A DNA stretch of 63,975 nt, counting the filler, from Octopus bimaculoides (lineage: Eukaryota), in the NCBI RefSeq assembly GCF_001194135.2. It is 5 parts of 5 records of this genome, joined end to end, with 100 filler letters (N's around TTAATTAATTAA, not from the genome) between each part and the next. Parts side by side here need not be neighbours in the genome. Positions count along the whole stretch, not along the records: positions 25,184 to 54,119 come from NC_068985.1; 4 more parts are not named here. One strand, written 5' to 3'. The position numbers were made by a program, and so were the translations under genes. The first letter of the stretch is position 1; each line of letters begins with the position of its first letter. The notes under the pieces were generated by a model, which searched no databases, was not told the origin of the DNA, and saw only the letters and a program-made list of their open reading frames with translations. Positions 28,111 through 40,232 of this stretch are shown one piece after another.

Positions 28111-29370
28111 TCATGGTCACGACTGAAACGCTTATGGTGATATCGTCTACTGCTACTGCGACTACAATGACTATAAGTTACGCTGCTGCTGCCGCTGAAA
28201 GTAATTTCTTTGATCCGCCTGCCTCACTTAAATATTTCATTTGCCTACTTTCGTAGAAGTGAGATTAATGTCTTTATATTTACACAGAAGAAAGAGACAT
28301 CATTCACTAGCTTCTCAATCTGCCAGTCTTTTTTAAGTGCAAGTTCAAATTACACTTCTATATATCTATATCATAAAGACGTTGTTTGGAGAGCTGTAAG
28401 TGTATAGATGATATTTTCATTCTGCCTTCAACGGCAAGATAATATCCTGTATATCACACGTTACCATCACCTTCCTGTATTACTTATACACGCCGACTAC
28501 ATTTTGAAGATTAGAACTGATAAAATATAAATCAATCAATCAACAAATAAATAAGAATTAAAAGGAAATAAAACATAGCTAAAGAAGATAAGTCAACGAA
28601 TAAAAGAAATCTGCAAAACCATTTATTTATTTCCACGTGTTTAAAAAGAAGAAGAAAAAATGATTTCAAATCCAGTGGCAAAGTAAAGACAGACGTATAT
28701 TGAAAACTAAGTTAAATAAATTGTATGTCACTAGTTTGCTACTGATGGTTCTTTTTGTTAGCTCTCGGGGAGACTTGATTGAAGAGACTTACGATTAAAG
28801 GTATTTCAAGCATGACCGTTATCTCATAATTTTTCTCCGGACGTGCTGTACCTGAATTTGCTTTATTCAATGTGTCATTTTCGAAAATGCTTGAGTACGA
28901 TCTGAGGGAGCATTAGCTGCCTTTTCTAAATAATCCAGCGACTAAGCTGATCCTTCCATCGCCTTTATGACGTTAGTCTAGTGAACATCAAATTCGAGCT
29001 AACGCAGATCAAGTAAAGTTTTTGCACAAATGTGTTTCAGGCATGACTACCACGTTATTTACTTCAAACATCTAAAATTTCGTCATCGAATGTGTCCTTC
29101 CATATTTTTAAGACGCCAAGGTTTAATTCAAGATAAATTTCGCTACTATTACGAAATTTACAGTTCCCCATTAAATTAGGACTTGTTTGTTATTTCATAA
29201 CGTAAACTTAGAAGAAACATTCAATAATCTACGGGTGTTTGCTTTTATATTAATGCCATACCTTTTATTCTATGACGCATAACTCGTTTCTGGAAGTGTT
29301 ATATGATTAATCAGAGTTCGTTAGTGTGACTTTTTCCATCTCTTTAAATCTTGAGTTAAGAATAAGCATT

Positions 29371-29690
29371 TGTTTCAAATTTTGGCACAATGTCAGCAAT
29401 ACTCAACTGGCACTTATTTTATCGATTCCGAAAGGATGAAAGGCAAAGTCGACCTCGGCGGAATTTGAACTCAGAATGTAAAGACAGACGAAATATTCTT
29501 TTCTACTCTAAGCACAAGGCCCGAAACTTTTGGGGAGGTGGGGCAGTCGATTAGATCGACCCCAGTATGCAACTGGTACTTAATTTATCGACTCCGAAGG
29601 GATGAAAAGCAAAGTCAACCTCGGCGGAATTTGAACTCAGAACGTAAAGCATTCTGCCTAGGGTGCTATCGATTCTACCAGCTCTCCATC
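29371..29690 (-). mobile_element. Two tandem family A SINE copies
   Basis: GCAAAGTC(G/A)ACCTCGGCGGAATTTGAACTCAGAA occurs twice (copies at about 29371-29495 and 29496-29690). Confidence 0.88.
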
Positions 29691-30010
29691 TGAGTTACGC
29701 ATAAGTATTGCTCCATAAAAGTAACTAATTCCGACTGGCGAGCTGTTAACCTATGTTTTTGTTTAACTATTTTTTTCGACTTCATTAGCTTCTGTCAGTA
29801 AACTGAATAGTGATATTTTTCAATGAGAGATATAAGCGCCAATATTTTATGCAGAAATAATTGGGGGTGAATAAGATGTTGAATTGATGCAATCTTTCAT
29901 GATACTCCACATTGGCGCTCCAGAATTTTTATAACTTCTACATGTACAGCAGTCATAGATAAACTCTGACACGCGGGACTTTCTGAGTGGCATGTCTAAC
30001 GAAGTATTAC

Positions 30011-30157
30011 CTTGAAAGTATCATGTAGTGCGACCCGCGTGATGATGGCTCAGTTCTCAAGTGGTTCGCTTCTCGAAAAAGATTCCCTCTCATGGTCACT
30101 GTAGATTCTATCAAGCATATTGAACGAGCATATGGAGAAAATGCCTAGGGATGCTTT
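30011..30157 (-). other. Candidate exon (first-coding, UTR or stop-containing)
   Basis: Acceptor GTTTTATTTCTTGCAG| and donor CAAG|GTAATA bound a 147-nt, locally GC-richer segment. All three frames from this acceptor contain a stop. An internal ACCATG opens MRGNLFREANHLRTEPSSRGSHYMILS up to the donor. Confidence 0.22.
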
Positions 30158-31585
30158 CTGCAAGAAATAAAACATATCGTAAAGTGTATGCAAACAGAGC
30201 CTAACAAATTTTAGTTAATTTAAAATTACACATGCTGTTATGAAGAAATTATTATTTCTTCATAGAAAAGCATATTTCTTAAAAAAAAAATAAATAAAAT
30301 AACAAACATGTTGCTTCTATGTATTAATCCGTGCCATGTTAGTCACGTGAATTTTTTCTCTCAAGTAGGTCCTGGTTCATCATACTCAAGACCTTTTAAT
30401 AACACTGGGTTTAACTTTAGACTTGAAAGCTGAAGTCTAGGGCCACGAAATCTAGGATCACCAACATAGGGATATAGTATTGTTGATACTATTCATAGAT
30501 AACAAGTGTTATAACGTGAGGTAGCTTTTCATATAAAATTATTTAGTATATCGATTCATACCAGTACAAACACGAAGAAAATTGACTGATAGTTCATCGG
30601 AATATCTGAAAAAAGAACAGAAAAAATAATTTCACAGAAGCCCAATGACCATATTTTATGCTATAACTTCCATATAATTGGAAATTGTTAACTCAACATT
30701 TGTATGTGTTATTTAATTAAAAAATGTAAACGTTATATAACTTTTACAATTTGCTGGGCCCGCTAGCCCACAAAGGGCTTAAATCCCTTGGAATCCAAAC
30801 ACCATTGTCTATATTGTCCCAAACTTTCACTTAAATAATCTAACTGAATTTAATTTCGTTGCTTTTCACGTTTAGATTTTGAACAATTAAAGAAGCATTT
30901 TCTTTTTTATACATAGGTAAAATCTCAGTCGGTCGTAATTTCCAAAATCACTTAAGGACAAGTATGAGACCAAAGAGCATTAGTGTTTAGCATGCAGACG
31001 TTGCCCTTGATGTACCTGGTCCCAGCTACATTGAACGTGTACGTTTCTTCACACATATATATGTATGTATAAATATACATATGTATACATGTATATATAT
31101 ATATATNNNNNNNNNNNNNNNNNNNNNNNNNNNNNNNNNNNNNNNNNNNNNNNNNNNNNNNNNNNNNNNNNNNNNNNNNNNNNNNNNNNNNNNNNNNNNN
31201 NNNNNNNNNNNNNNNNNNNNNNNNNNNNNNNNNNNNNNNNNNNNNNNNNNNNNNNNNNNNNNNNNNNNNNNNNNNNNNNNNNNNNNNNNNNNNNNNNNNN
31301 NNNNNNNNNNNNNNNNNNNNNNNNNNNNNNNNNNNNNNNNNNNNNNNNNNNNNNNNNNNNNNNNNNNNNNNNNNNNNNNNNNNNNNNNNNNNNNNNNNNN
31401 NNNNNNNNNNNNNNNNNNNNNNNNNNNNNNNNNNNNNNNNNNNNNNNNNNNNNNNNNNNNNNNNNNNNNNNNNNNNNNNNNNNNNNNNNNNNNNNNNNNN
31501 NNNNNNNNNNNNNNNNNNNNNNNNNNNNNNNNNNNNNNNNNNNNNNNNNNNNNNNNNNNNNNNNNNNNNNNNNNNNNNNNNNNNN

Positions 31586-31727
31586 CGAGGTGAGAGGGAT
31601 AACTCCCTTGGCAAACAGGACACAGTCGTGTGTCGATAAGCCAGCTGGAGGAGATGTCCTCCTGGGGCTAAAAGCAACAGTAACATCCACCCCTAGGGGT
31701 CAGCCACACTTAAGTGGCAATATACTA
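31586..31727 (-). repeat. Unclassified interspersed repeat, copy 2 (cut by a gap)
   Basis: Inverted homolog of 19748-19894. Confidence 0.85.
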
Positions 31728-31728
31728 C

Positions 31729-31769
<41 letters not shown>

Positions 31770-31780
31770 GTGTGTGTGAA

Positions 31781-32070
31781 GGCGCATGATTTAGTGGGAT
31801 TTGGATCGTAAGATAGTTAGATCGAGACCCGGTAGTGCGTTGCGTTCTCGAATAAGACACTATATTTCACATTGCTCCAGTCCACTGCCTAGCTAATGCG
31901 AGTTGTTCCTGTAATTCAAAGGGCAACCTTGTCCCATTGTTTGTCACGCTGAATCTCCCTGAGACCTATGTTAAGGGTACATGTGTTTGCGGAGTGCTCC
32001 GTCAATTTCCGGAGCAGGCTGTTCCATTGATCGTAGTAACTGGAATCTTGGTTTTCGTAACCGACCGAGT
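31781..32070 (+). mobile_element. tRNA-derived SINE family C, decayed
   Basis: GGCGCATG...GATCGTAAGAT...AAGACACTATATTTCACATTGCTCCAGT. A related inverted copy lies at about 27650-27855. Confidence 0.65.
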
Positions 32071-32189
32071 GCCAGTTAATCCATATACACATTTATACAC
32101 ACAGACACACACACACACTTATACATGCGTGCATATAGATACGTATAGACATATATATACCTACATACACGCATTCATACATTATATTC

Positions 32190-32227
<38 letters not shown>

Positions 32228-34673
32228 TTTAGAGACACTTCCAAATTTATCAGAATATTTGGGCTGAAGATTGGAATAGTGAAATTTTCATTCGCTTAAC
32301 CATGAAACGATTCGTATCCAATTAACTAAAGACTTGTTTTGTTTACGCTTTCCCTCCGGTTTTTTGTTCTATGTGTGCCATAAATATCGCCATCCGTTTA
32401 GAGAAAAATTTGTAGTTTAGAATCAGTAGTTCTTTGACTGCTATTTCTAAATTTTCAGTATGTTGGAGAAGCAACTCAATGCTAATCCCTGTATATTTAT
32501 GATGATAAATGGTTTTNNNNNNNNNNNNNNNNNNNNNNNNNNNNNNNNNNNNNNNNNNNNNNNNNNNNNNNNNNNNNNNNNNNNNNNNNNNNNNNNNNNN
32601 NNNNNNNNNNNNNNNNNNNNNNNNNNNNNNNNNNNNNNNNNNNNNNNNNNNNNNNNNNNNNNNNNNNNNNNNNNNNNNNNNNNNNNNNNNNNNNNNNNNN
32701 NNNNNNNNNNNNNNNNNNNNNNNNNNNNNNNNNNNNNNNNNNNNNNNNNNNNNNNNNNNNNNNNNNNNNNNNNNNNNNNNNNNNNNNNNNNNNNNNNNNN
32801 NNNNNNNNNNNNNNNNNNNNNNNNNNNNNNNNNNNNNNNNNNNNNNNNNNNNNNNNNNNNNNNNNNNNNNNNNNNNNNNNNNNNNNNNNNNNNNNNNNNN
32901 NNNNNNNNNNNNNNNNNNNNNNNNNNNNNNNNNNNNNNNNNNNNNNNNNNNNNNNNNNNNNNNNNNNNNNNNNNNNNNNNNNNNNNNNNNNNNNNNNNNN
33001 NNNNNNNNNNNNNNNNNNNNNNNNNNNNNNNNNNNNNNNNNNNNNNNNNNNNNNNNNNNNNNNNNNNNNNNNNNNNNNNNNNNNNNNNNNNNNNNNNNNN
33101 NNNNNNNNNNNNNNNNNNNNNNNNNNNNNNNNNNNNNNNNNNNNNNNNNNNNNNNNNNNNNNNNNNNNNNNNNNNNNNNNNNNNNNNNNNNNNNNNNNNN
33201 NNNNNNNNNNNNNNNNNNNNNNNNNNNNNNNNNNNNNNNNNNNNNNNNNNNNNNNNNNNNNNNNNNNNNNNNNNNNNNNNNNNNNNNNNNNNNNNNNNNN
33301 NNNNNNNNNNNNNNNNNNNNNNNNNNNNNNNNNNNNNNNNNNNNNNNNNNNNNNNNNNNNNNNNNNNNNNNNNNNNNNNNNNNNNNNNNNNNNNNNNNNN
33401 NNNNNNNNNNNNNNNNNNNNNNNNNNNNNNNNNTATATATATATATATATATACGCTGTTAGACTCTTTTGTCTTGTTACTATTTATCCCAACAAATATT
33501 TATATAACTTCTCACTCCCTACATGCCATCCCGCCCGGATTTCTCATACAAAGCTTTTTCTCCCTCTCGCTACCATTATTTCTCTGATTCTCTCTCATGC
33601 TCTCATATAATACTCCCCTTCTCTCTCTCTGTCTCTCACTCACTCATTCTTTCTCTCTCATCATCTCTCACTCTCTGTCCTTCTTTCCCTGTAGCTCTAT
33701 GACTCCTATTTTTTTTCTCAACTCCCATCGTTGCCATTGCTACAACTCATCTGTGTTATATTCAAACTTATTCCAACCGTGTTTCTTGTCAAGCGTGAAT
33801 AGATGATCGCATGTGAGAAAAAGAGGCATTTCATTTTGGCCAAATGGTAAACTAAAGCTCACTTCAAATCTTCCCACATAGTTTCCTGTTTTTCTCGTTT
33901 AAGCACATTAACTATCCCTCCTTCCTGTATTCCATCAAACCACTCTAAGTTACTCTCATCCTCTCTTCTTCCATCCTTCCTTCATCTCTCTCTTCATCTC
34001 TTTCTTTCTATATTTATTCGCGTCATTCTCCAATTTTCTATTTTTGTTTCTCCTCTTTCATTGTTTTTCTCTTTCCTTGTTTTACTTCTTTATTTATTGT
34101 CTCCTTCATTCTTTCTTTCTTGCCTTTCGTTTACCTTCCTTCCTTTCCTTTTCTTCTTTGAGTTATTGTTTTCTCTTTTAAATTAAAAATTTTATATGTT
34201 AACCATCTTCTGTTTGTTCTCAGCGCAAAATATCTTCTCACTGACTTCATGTTTTACTATTCATTCTTCCATTTTTTCTCATTCTTCAACAATGAACTAT
34301 ACCCTCCACCTTACTTCTCTTTCCTTAATTTCATTCAATGTTTTTGAGCTTTTTGCCTGTTTTCGTTTTTTCATTGCTATATTAACTCTTAAAAAGAAGA
34401 AACTAAAACACAAAATACACAAGAAAATATATACATAGACATCCAATTGCGCATATTTTTTTCTTACTGACAGACACGCACACATTTACCTACAATCTTA
34501 GATGAAAGACCCAATAATATTAAAAAGCCTACGCCTCCATGGTAATATACTAATATAATTAGTATATTACTAATATAATAGTTTACACAGCGTGTGATTC
34601 CATTTGTCACATTTTCGATAGAGATCACACACGCAAAAATGCTTTCTTTTTTTGAGAATATCAAACAACAATG

Positions 34674-34723
<50 letters not shown>

Positions 34724-34849
34724 GTAGTTTAGCATCAAAATACACACATACCCCCACATTCTATCTTCACGTTTGTGTTGATTCTATGTCCCTTGACGTT
34801 TACAAAAGAAAAAAGTCATCACATCAATTAACTTTATTCATCTTTATTA

Positions 34850-34896
<47 letters not shown>

Positions 34897-35158
34897 AGCG
34901 TTATAGATGACTATGTCTGCAAAGCGCCGAAGAGCATTTGTTCACGTTTTTAGTAACGTCCACTTACGTTCAGTGTTGAAACTAACCGTAGATGACCTGG
35001 CTTTGAATGCTTTGGGAATCGGCGAAATAAGTGCATACCAAATACCAGCATCAATTTAATTAAATATATCTTTCAACGCATGAATAGGCTAGTAAACACC
35101 ATTACTTTATGCACAGACGTGTTACAATTAGAATACATCTCACATCAAAACATATCAT

Positions 35159-35216
35159 ATGCTACAGATGTCATACCTGTAATATACATGCTACAGATGT
35201 CATACCCGTAATATAC
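35159..35216 (+). repeat. 29-bp tandem duplication
   Basis: ATGCTACAGATGTCATACC(T/C)GTAATATAC x2. Confidence 0.9.
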
Positions 35217-36839
35217 ATGTATTACATACAATCATATTTAGATTCAGGCATACATACATGCATTTACACATATACTATTGCTTATATNNNNNNNNNNNNN
35301 NNNNNNNNNNNNNNNNNNNNNNNNNNNNNNNNNNNNNNNNNNNNNNNNNNNNNNNNNNNNNNNNNNNNNNNNNNNNNNNNNNNNNNNNNNNNNNNNNNNN
35401 NNNNNNNNNNNNNNNNNNNNNNNNNNNNNNNNNNNNNNNNNNNNNNNNNNNNNNNNNNNNNNNNNNNNNNNNNNNNNNNNNNNNNNNNNNNNNNNNNNNN
35501 NNNNNNNNNNNNNNNNNNNNNNNNNNNNNNNNNNNNNNNNNNNNNNNNNNNNNNNNNNNNNNNNNNNNNNNNNNNNNNNNNNNNNNNNNNNNNNNNNNNN
35601 NNNNNNNNNNNNNNNNNNNNNNNNNNNNNNNNNNNNNNNNNNNNNNNNNNNNNNNNNNNNNNNNNNNNNNNNNNNNNNNNNNNNNNNNNNNNNNNNNNNN
35701 NNNNNNNNNNNNNNNNNNNNNGAATTGAATACACTGAATTGAATTCATTAGGGTGAGTGATTTTGAACTCACTGGCCGATAAATTTCTTAACGTCTGCCT
35801 CACGTGGTCTTGATGTCGCATGGTCAAAATTAACGTGAGTTATTTAGACATTGGCAAATTTATTGGAATATTTAGCTGAAGATCAGAATGGAGTATTCTT
35901 TGCTCTTAACTGTGAAACGATCGTACAGTAATTTCGGGTTCCGTAATGCATAGGTATGTCTTTGCAGGTAATATATGTAAGTGTAACATAATGATCTATA
36001 CACATTTTGAGAACTACTAAACTACGACAATAGAGGCATTTAAATTGTGACCTGTACACACGTAACACTATGAGTTTTCCCCTTGAATGTAGTCGTTGTT
36101 TTTATATGTAATATTCCTCGCCAAGAACCCACACGCATTAATTTTTACGAGGCACAAATCTATCTTCAATGCAGGAATATTCTTTAAAGTACTTATGGTA
36201 GCTGTGGCAAATAAAAAAAAATATATCACTCTGCAGTTGATTTCTATTCTTTAATCTTGGACCTTAAAGTTTGGCTTGCCTCTTAGATATGCTAACACCA
36301 TGATCTATGTGATATAGATCACCTTGAGAGGGTAAATGTGGATCAATGAAGTAACACGTCACCTGCAAAGTTTCATAACAAATGCCTTCATTTGATTTAA
36401 TTTTTGTTTTTCATAAAGTACTCTGTTTTCTTTCTTTCTGTCTTTCTTTCTTTCTTTTTGTTTCATTAACACGTAAATTAAATTGCAAATGATTATTTGA
36501 TTTTGGAATCGTAGCACAGAAGAAACAGAGATATTGCGGACAGTAGATTAAGGTATTCAATTTCTTGACCTTTAAAATAAAACCATTTGTCAACAAGGAT
36601 ATAAAATAATTGTCCGCTATTCAGTCATTGGGTTTGAATTCATTGGGGTTTTTTTCACAGAAAACTTAAAATAACTGCCTGTTATTTGGTCTTTCGGTTC
36701 CTTCATATCATTGGAATAAGAAAGGGCATAAGAAAAGTAAAGTCTATTTCCAAACATCAAAGCTCTTTTCATAGCATTTTTGTTAGCCAGTGTAGATAAT
36801 TCATTCAGAATATATACTCTGGAATATCGAGAAATGTTG

Positions 36840-37043
36840 ATTTCAAATTTTGGCACCAGGCCAGCAGTTTTGGTGAAGTGGGGGTAAGTCAATCGCCTCA
36901 ATCGCAGTGCTGAAGTGGTACATTTTTTATCGACCACGAAAAGAACGAAAGGCAAAATCGATCTCGGTGCTATTTGAACTGAGAACGTACAGTCGGAAGA
37001 AATGTTATGCATTTTTCCCGGCTCGGTAATGATTCTGCCAGCC
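36840..37043 (-). mobile_element. SINE family A
   Basis: TTTCAAATTTTGGCACC...ATTTGAACTGAGAACG...GATTCTGCCAGC. Confidence 0.85.
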
Positions 37044-38989
37044 CAAAGACCTGATATCTAGAAATGTTGACACGTAATATGAAACTTTTATTGTTCTAAA
37101 CAAAATATAAAGGAATAATGAAGGAATATTCAAAAATAATTTGCTGCCAGCGTGATACTTTTATATTTTGTAACAGCTGAGACAAGAAGGATATTCCAGC
37201 GTCCATGATATTCCTTTTTACTTTTTTCAGCGCTTCTCCACAAGTTTGTGGAAAGAATGGAACTAGTTATCCTCGAACCAGAGTCGTGGTCTGGATATTT
37301 GTAAGAGAGTCAATAACGCTAAACGTAGCCAGTCGGCGCTAACCCGTCGATTGATTAACTGTATCGATTAAATTACTCAAAAGACAAGGAAACGGAATAA
37401 ATACCGTAAGATATTACGCCTGGTGCTCTAACATTTCAGCCAAACCAATACTATGGATAAGAAGATTACTTCATGAACTACGGAGGCAAAAAAAGCAAAT
37501 TTGAACTTTGCGTGATTTGAACTGAGAACTGAGCATCGTTTTGTCCTACTCTGTAACGATTCTGCCAAACCGTTTAGAAACAGGTTTGAAAACATTAATG
37601 TAGACGTGAGCTACTGTCACCAAAAGAATTTAGTTATCATCGACTGAGACAACTACAAAACTGATGTCAATTAGCAGTAGCAGCATCAAAGCAGCAACAC
37701 AAAAGCAACATTGCAGCAACGGTAACTCGGTGGCATCGGCACCAGTGGATGCAGTGGAGTGGTGGCTATGACGACAGTGATGAACTGGAGTGAGCTGTTT
37801 GGCGTGGGTGGCAGCGACGCTGGCGAGCGGCAGCGGCGACGAAGGTAGTGGTGGCGGCGGCGGCGGTGGTGGTGGTAGTAGTGGTGTTGGTGGTGGTGGT
37901 GGTAGTTTGCGACTGTTGGCAGATGGATTGTGATATGTTGTAGAGCTGGTTATGCTGTGGTAGATGATCGAAACTGCAGAAGAAGAAAGATTTCAANNNN
38001 NNNNNNNNNNNNNNNNNNNNNNNNNNNNNNNNNNNNNNNNNNNNNNNNNNNNNNNNNNNNNNNNNNNNNNNNNNNNNNNNNNNNNNNNNNNNNNNNNNNN
38101 NNNNNNNNNNNNNNNNNNNNNNNNNNNNNNNNNNNNNNNNNNNNNNNNNNNNNNNNNNNNNNNNNNNNNNNNNNNNNNNNNNNNNNNNNNNNNNNNNNNN
38201 NNNNNNNNNNNNNNNNNNNNNNNNNNNNNNNNNNNNNNNNNNNNNNNNNNNNNNNNNNNNNNNNNNNNNNNNNNNNNNNNNNNNNNNNNNNNNNNNNNNN
38301 NNNNNNNNNNNNNNNNNNNNNNNNNNNNNNNNNNNNNNNNNNNNNNNNNNNNNNNNNNNNNNNNNNNNNNNNNNNNNNNNNNNNNNNNNNNNNNNNNNNN
38401 NNNNNNNNNNNNNNNNNNNNNNNNNNNNNNNNNNNNNNNNNNNNNNNNNNNNNNNNNNNNNNNNNNNNNNNNNNNNNNNNNNNNNNNNNNNNNNNNNNNN
38501 NNNNNNNNNNNNNNNNNNNNNNNNNNNNNNNNNNNNNNNNNNNNNNNNNNNNNNNNNNNNNNNNNNNNNNNNNNNNNNNNNNNNNNNNNNNNNNNNNNNN
38601 NNNNNNNNNNNNNNNNNNNNNNNNNNNNNNNNNNNNNNNNNNNNNNNNNNNNNNNNNNNNNNNNNNNNNNNNNNNNNNNNNNNNNNNNNNNNNNNNNNNN
38701 NNNNNNNNNNNNNNNNNNNNNNNNNNNNNNNNNNNNNNNNNNNNNNNNNNNNNNNNNNNNNNNNNNNNNNNNNNNNNNNNNNNNNNNNNNNNNNNNNNNN
38801 NTATATATTTGCAGGTATGTATCAGTATGAACGTACGCACGCACGCACACCTTCATGTACACACACGCATATGCACACTCAGGGATAGATAACAAGAACT
38901 GATTTATAATGTCTCTCCATAGAAAACCATCTTTTTTCCTCTTACTCAGAAGAACGTCAGTAAAATATTGCAGTCGCTGCCAAATCGTC

Positions 38990-39415
38990 GACGTCGTCTT
39001 CTTCTTCTTCTTCTTCTTCTTCTTCTTCATCATCATCGTCATCGTCGTCGTCGTCGTAGTCATCTTCACCGTCGCCGCCGTCATCGTCGTTGTCGTCGAC
39101 GTCGTCATCACCATCACCATCATCAGCATCATCATCATCAGCAGCATCATCATCATCATCATCATCAATAACATCATCAGCACACTCCGTCTTCTTGTCC
39201 TAATCCTTCCCATATCTCATTCACTATCTCCTACTTGCACCACTACCATCAATAACAACCACATCACTACCTCCTCCTTCTCTTCAAATCCTCCTACTTC
39301 TCCTTCCCCTCCTTTATCTCTTTCTCTCCTCCTCCTCCCCCTCCTCCTCTTCTTCTTCCGCCTCTTCCATCTGCTCCTATATCTACTGCTGCTATTGCTG
39401 TTGCTTCTCTTTCAG
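38990..39415. repeat. (CTT)/(CAT)/(CGT)/(CCT) trinucleotide low-complexity tract
   Basis: Read directly. It grades into a long pyrimidine tract ending TTTCAG at 39415. Confidence 0.93.
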
Positions 39416-39559
39416 CATGGTTGAAAAATGATTACAAGGAATCTTCAGTAGTAATGGAGCTTAAATGTAAGTTCATCCAAGACAAGAGAAGACAAAAACG
39501 AGAACAGTCCAGCGGCAACAAACAGAAGGAGAGGTTGCCATGGAATTTCCTGTGTGCAG
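39416..39559 (+). CDS. Candidate internal coding exon of an unidentified gene (alternative shorter form ends at 39466)
   Basis: Acceptor ...GTTGCTTCTCTTTCAG| and donors AAAT|GTAAGT (39466) and GCAG|GTAATC (39559), both phase 1. Open frame WLKNDYKESSVVMELKCKFIQDKRRQKREQSSGNKQKERLPWNFLCA. No homolog recognised. Confidence 0.4.
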
Positions 39560-39793
39560 GTAATCGATATTGCAGCTAGGAATCACTTTGAACGTACGTA
39601 CGTTACATTATAAGAACAGCTACTAATTTAAAATAGGATTTGCGTGTAGAAGTATTTTCACCCCCAAATACCTGTTCAAGATCCTTCCATTTAAAACACA
39701 ATTTCGGAAACTAAGCCTACATTACAGTAGAAAGAGAGAAAGAAAGAGAAAGGATAGGGATCAAATAATCGTATGATGTTTACGTGTGTATAT

Positions 39794-39826
<33 letters not shown>

Positions 39827-40184
39827 TATANNNNNNNNNNNNNNNNNNNNNNNNNNNNNNNNNNNNNNNNNNNNNNNNNNNNNNNNNNNNNNNNNNNNNN
39901 NNNNNNNNNNNNNNNNNNNNNNNNNNNNNNNNNNNNNNNNNNNNNNNNNNNNNNNNNNNNNNNNNNNNNNNNNNNNNNNNNNNNNNNNNNNNNNNNNNNN
40001 NNNNNNNNNNNNNNNNNNNNNNNNNNNNNNNNNNNNNNNNNNNNNNNNNNNNNNNNNNNNNNNNNNNNNNNNNNNNNNNNNNNNNNNNNNNNNNNNNNNN
40101 NNNNNNNNNNNNNNNNNNNNNATATATATATATATATGTATGCATGTATATGTATATATACTTATATATATGTATTTATATTCT

Positions 40185-40232
<48 letters not shown>

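Noticed and set aside
36617-37012. 131-aa minus-strand ORF (likewise 31937-32299 and 13662-13986)
   Set aside because: They run through SINE or Helentron-type sequence and microsatellites and have no protein-like motifs.
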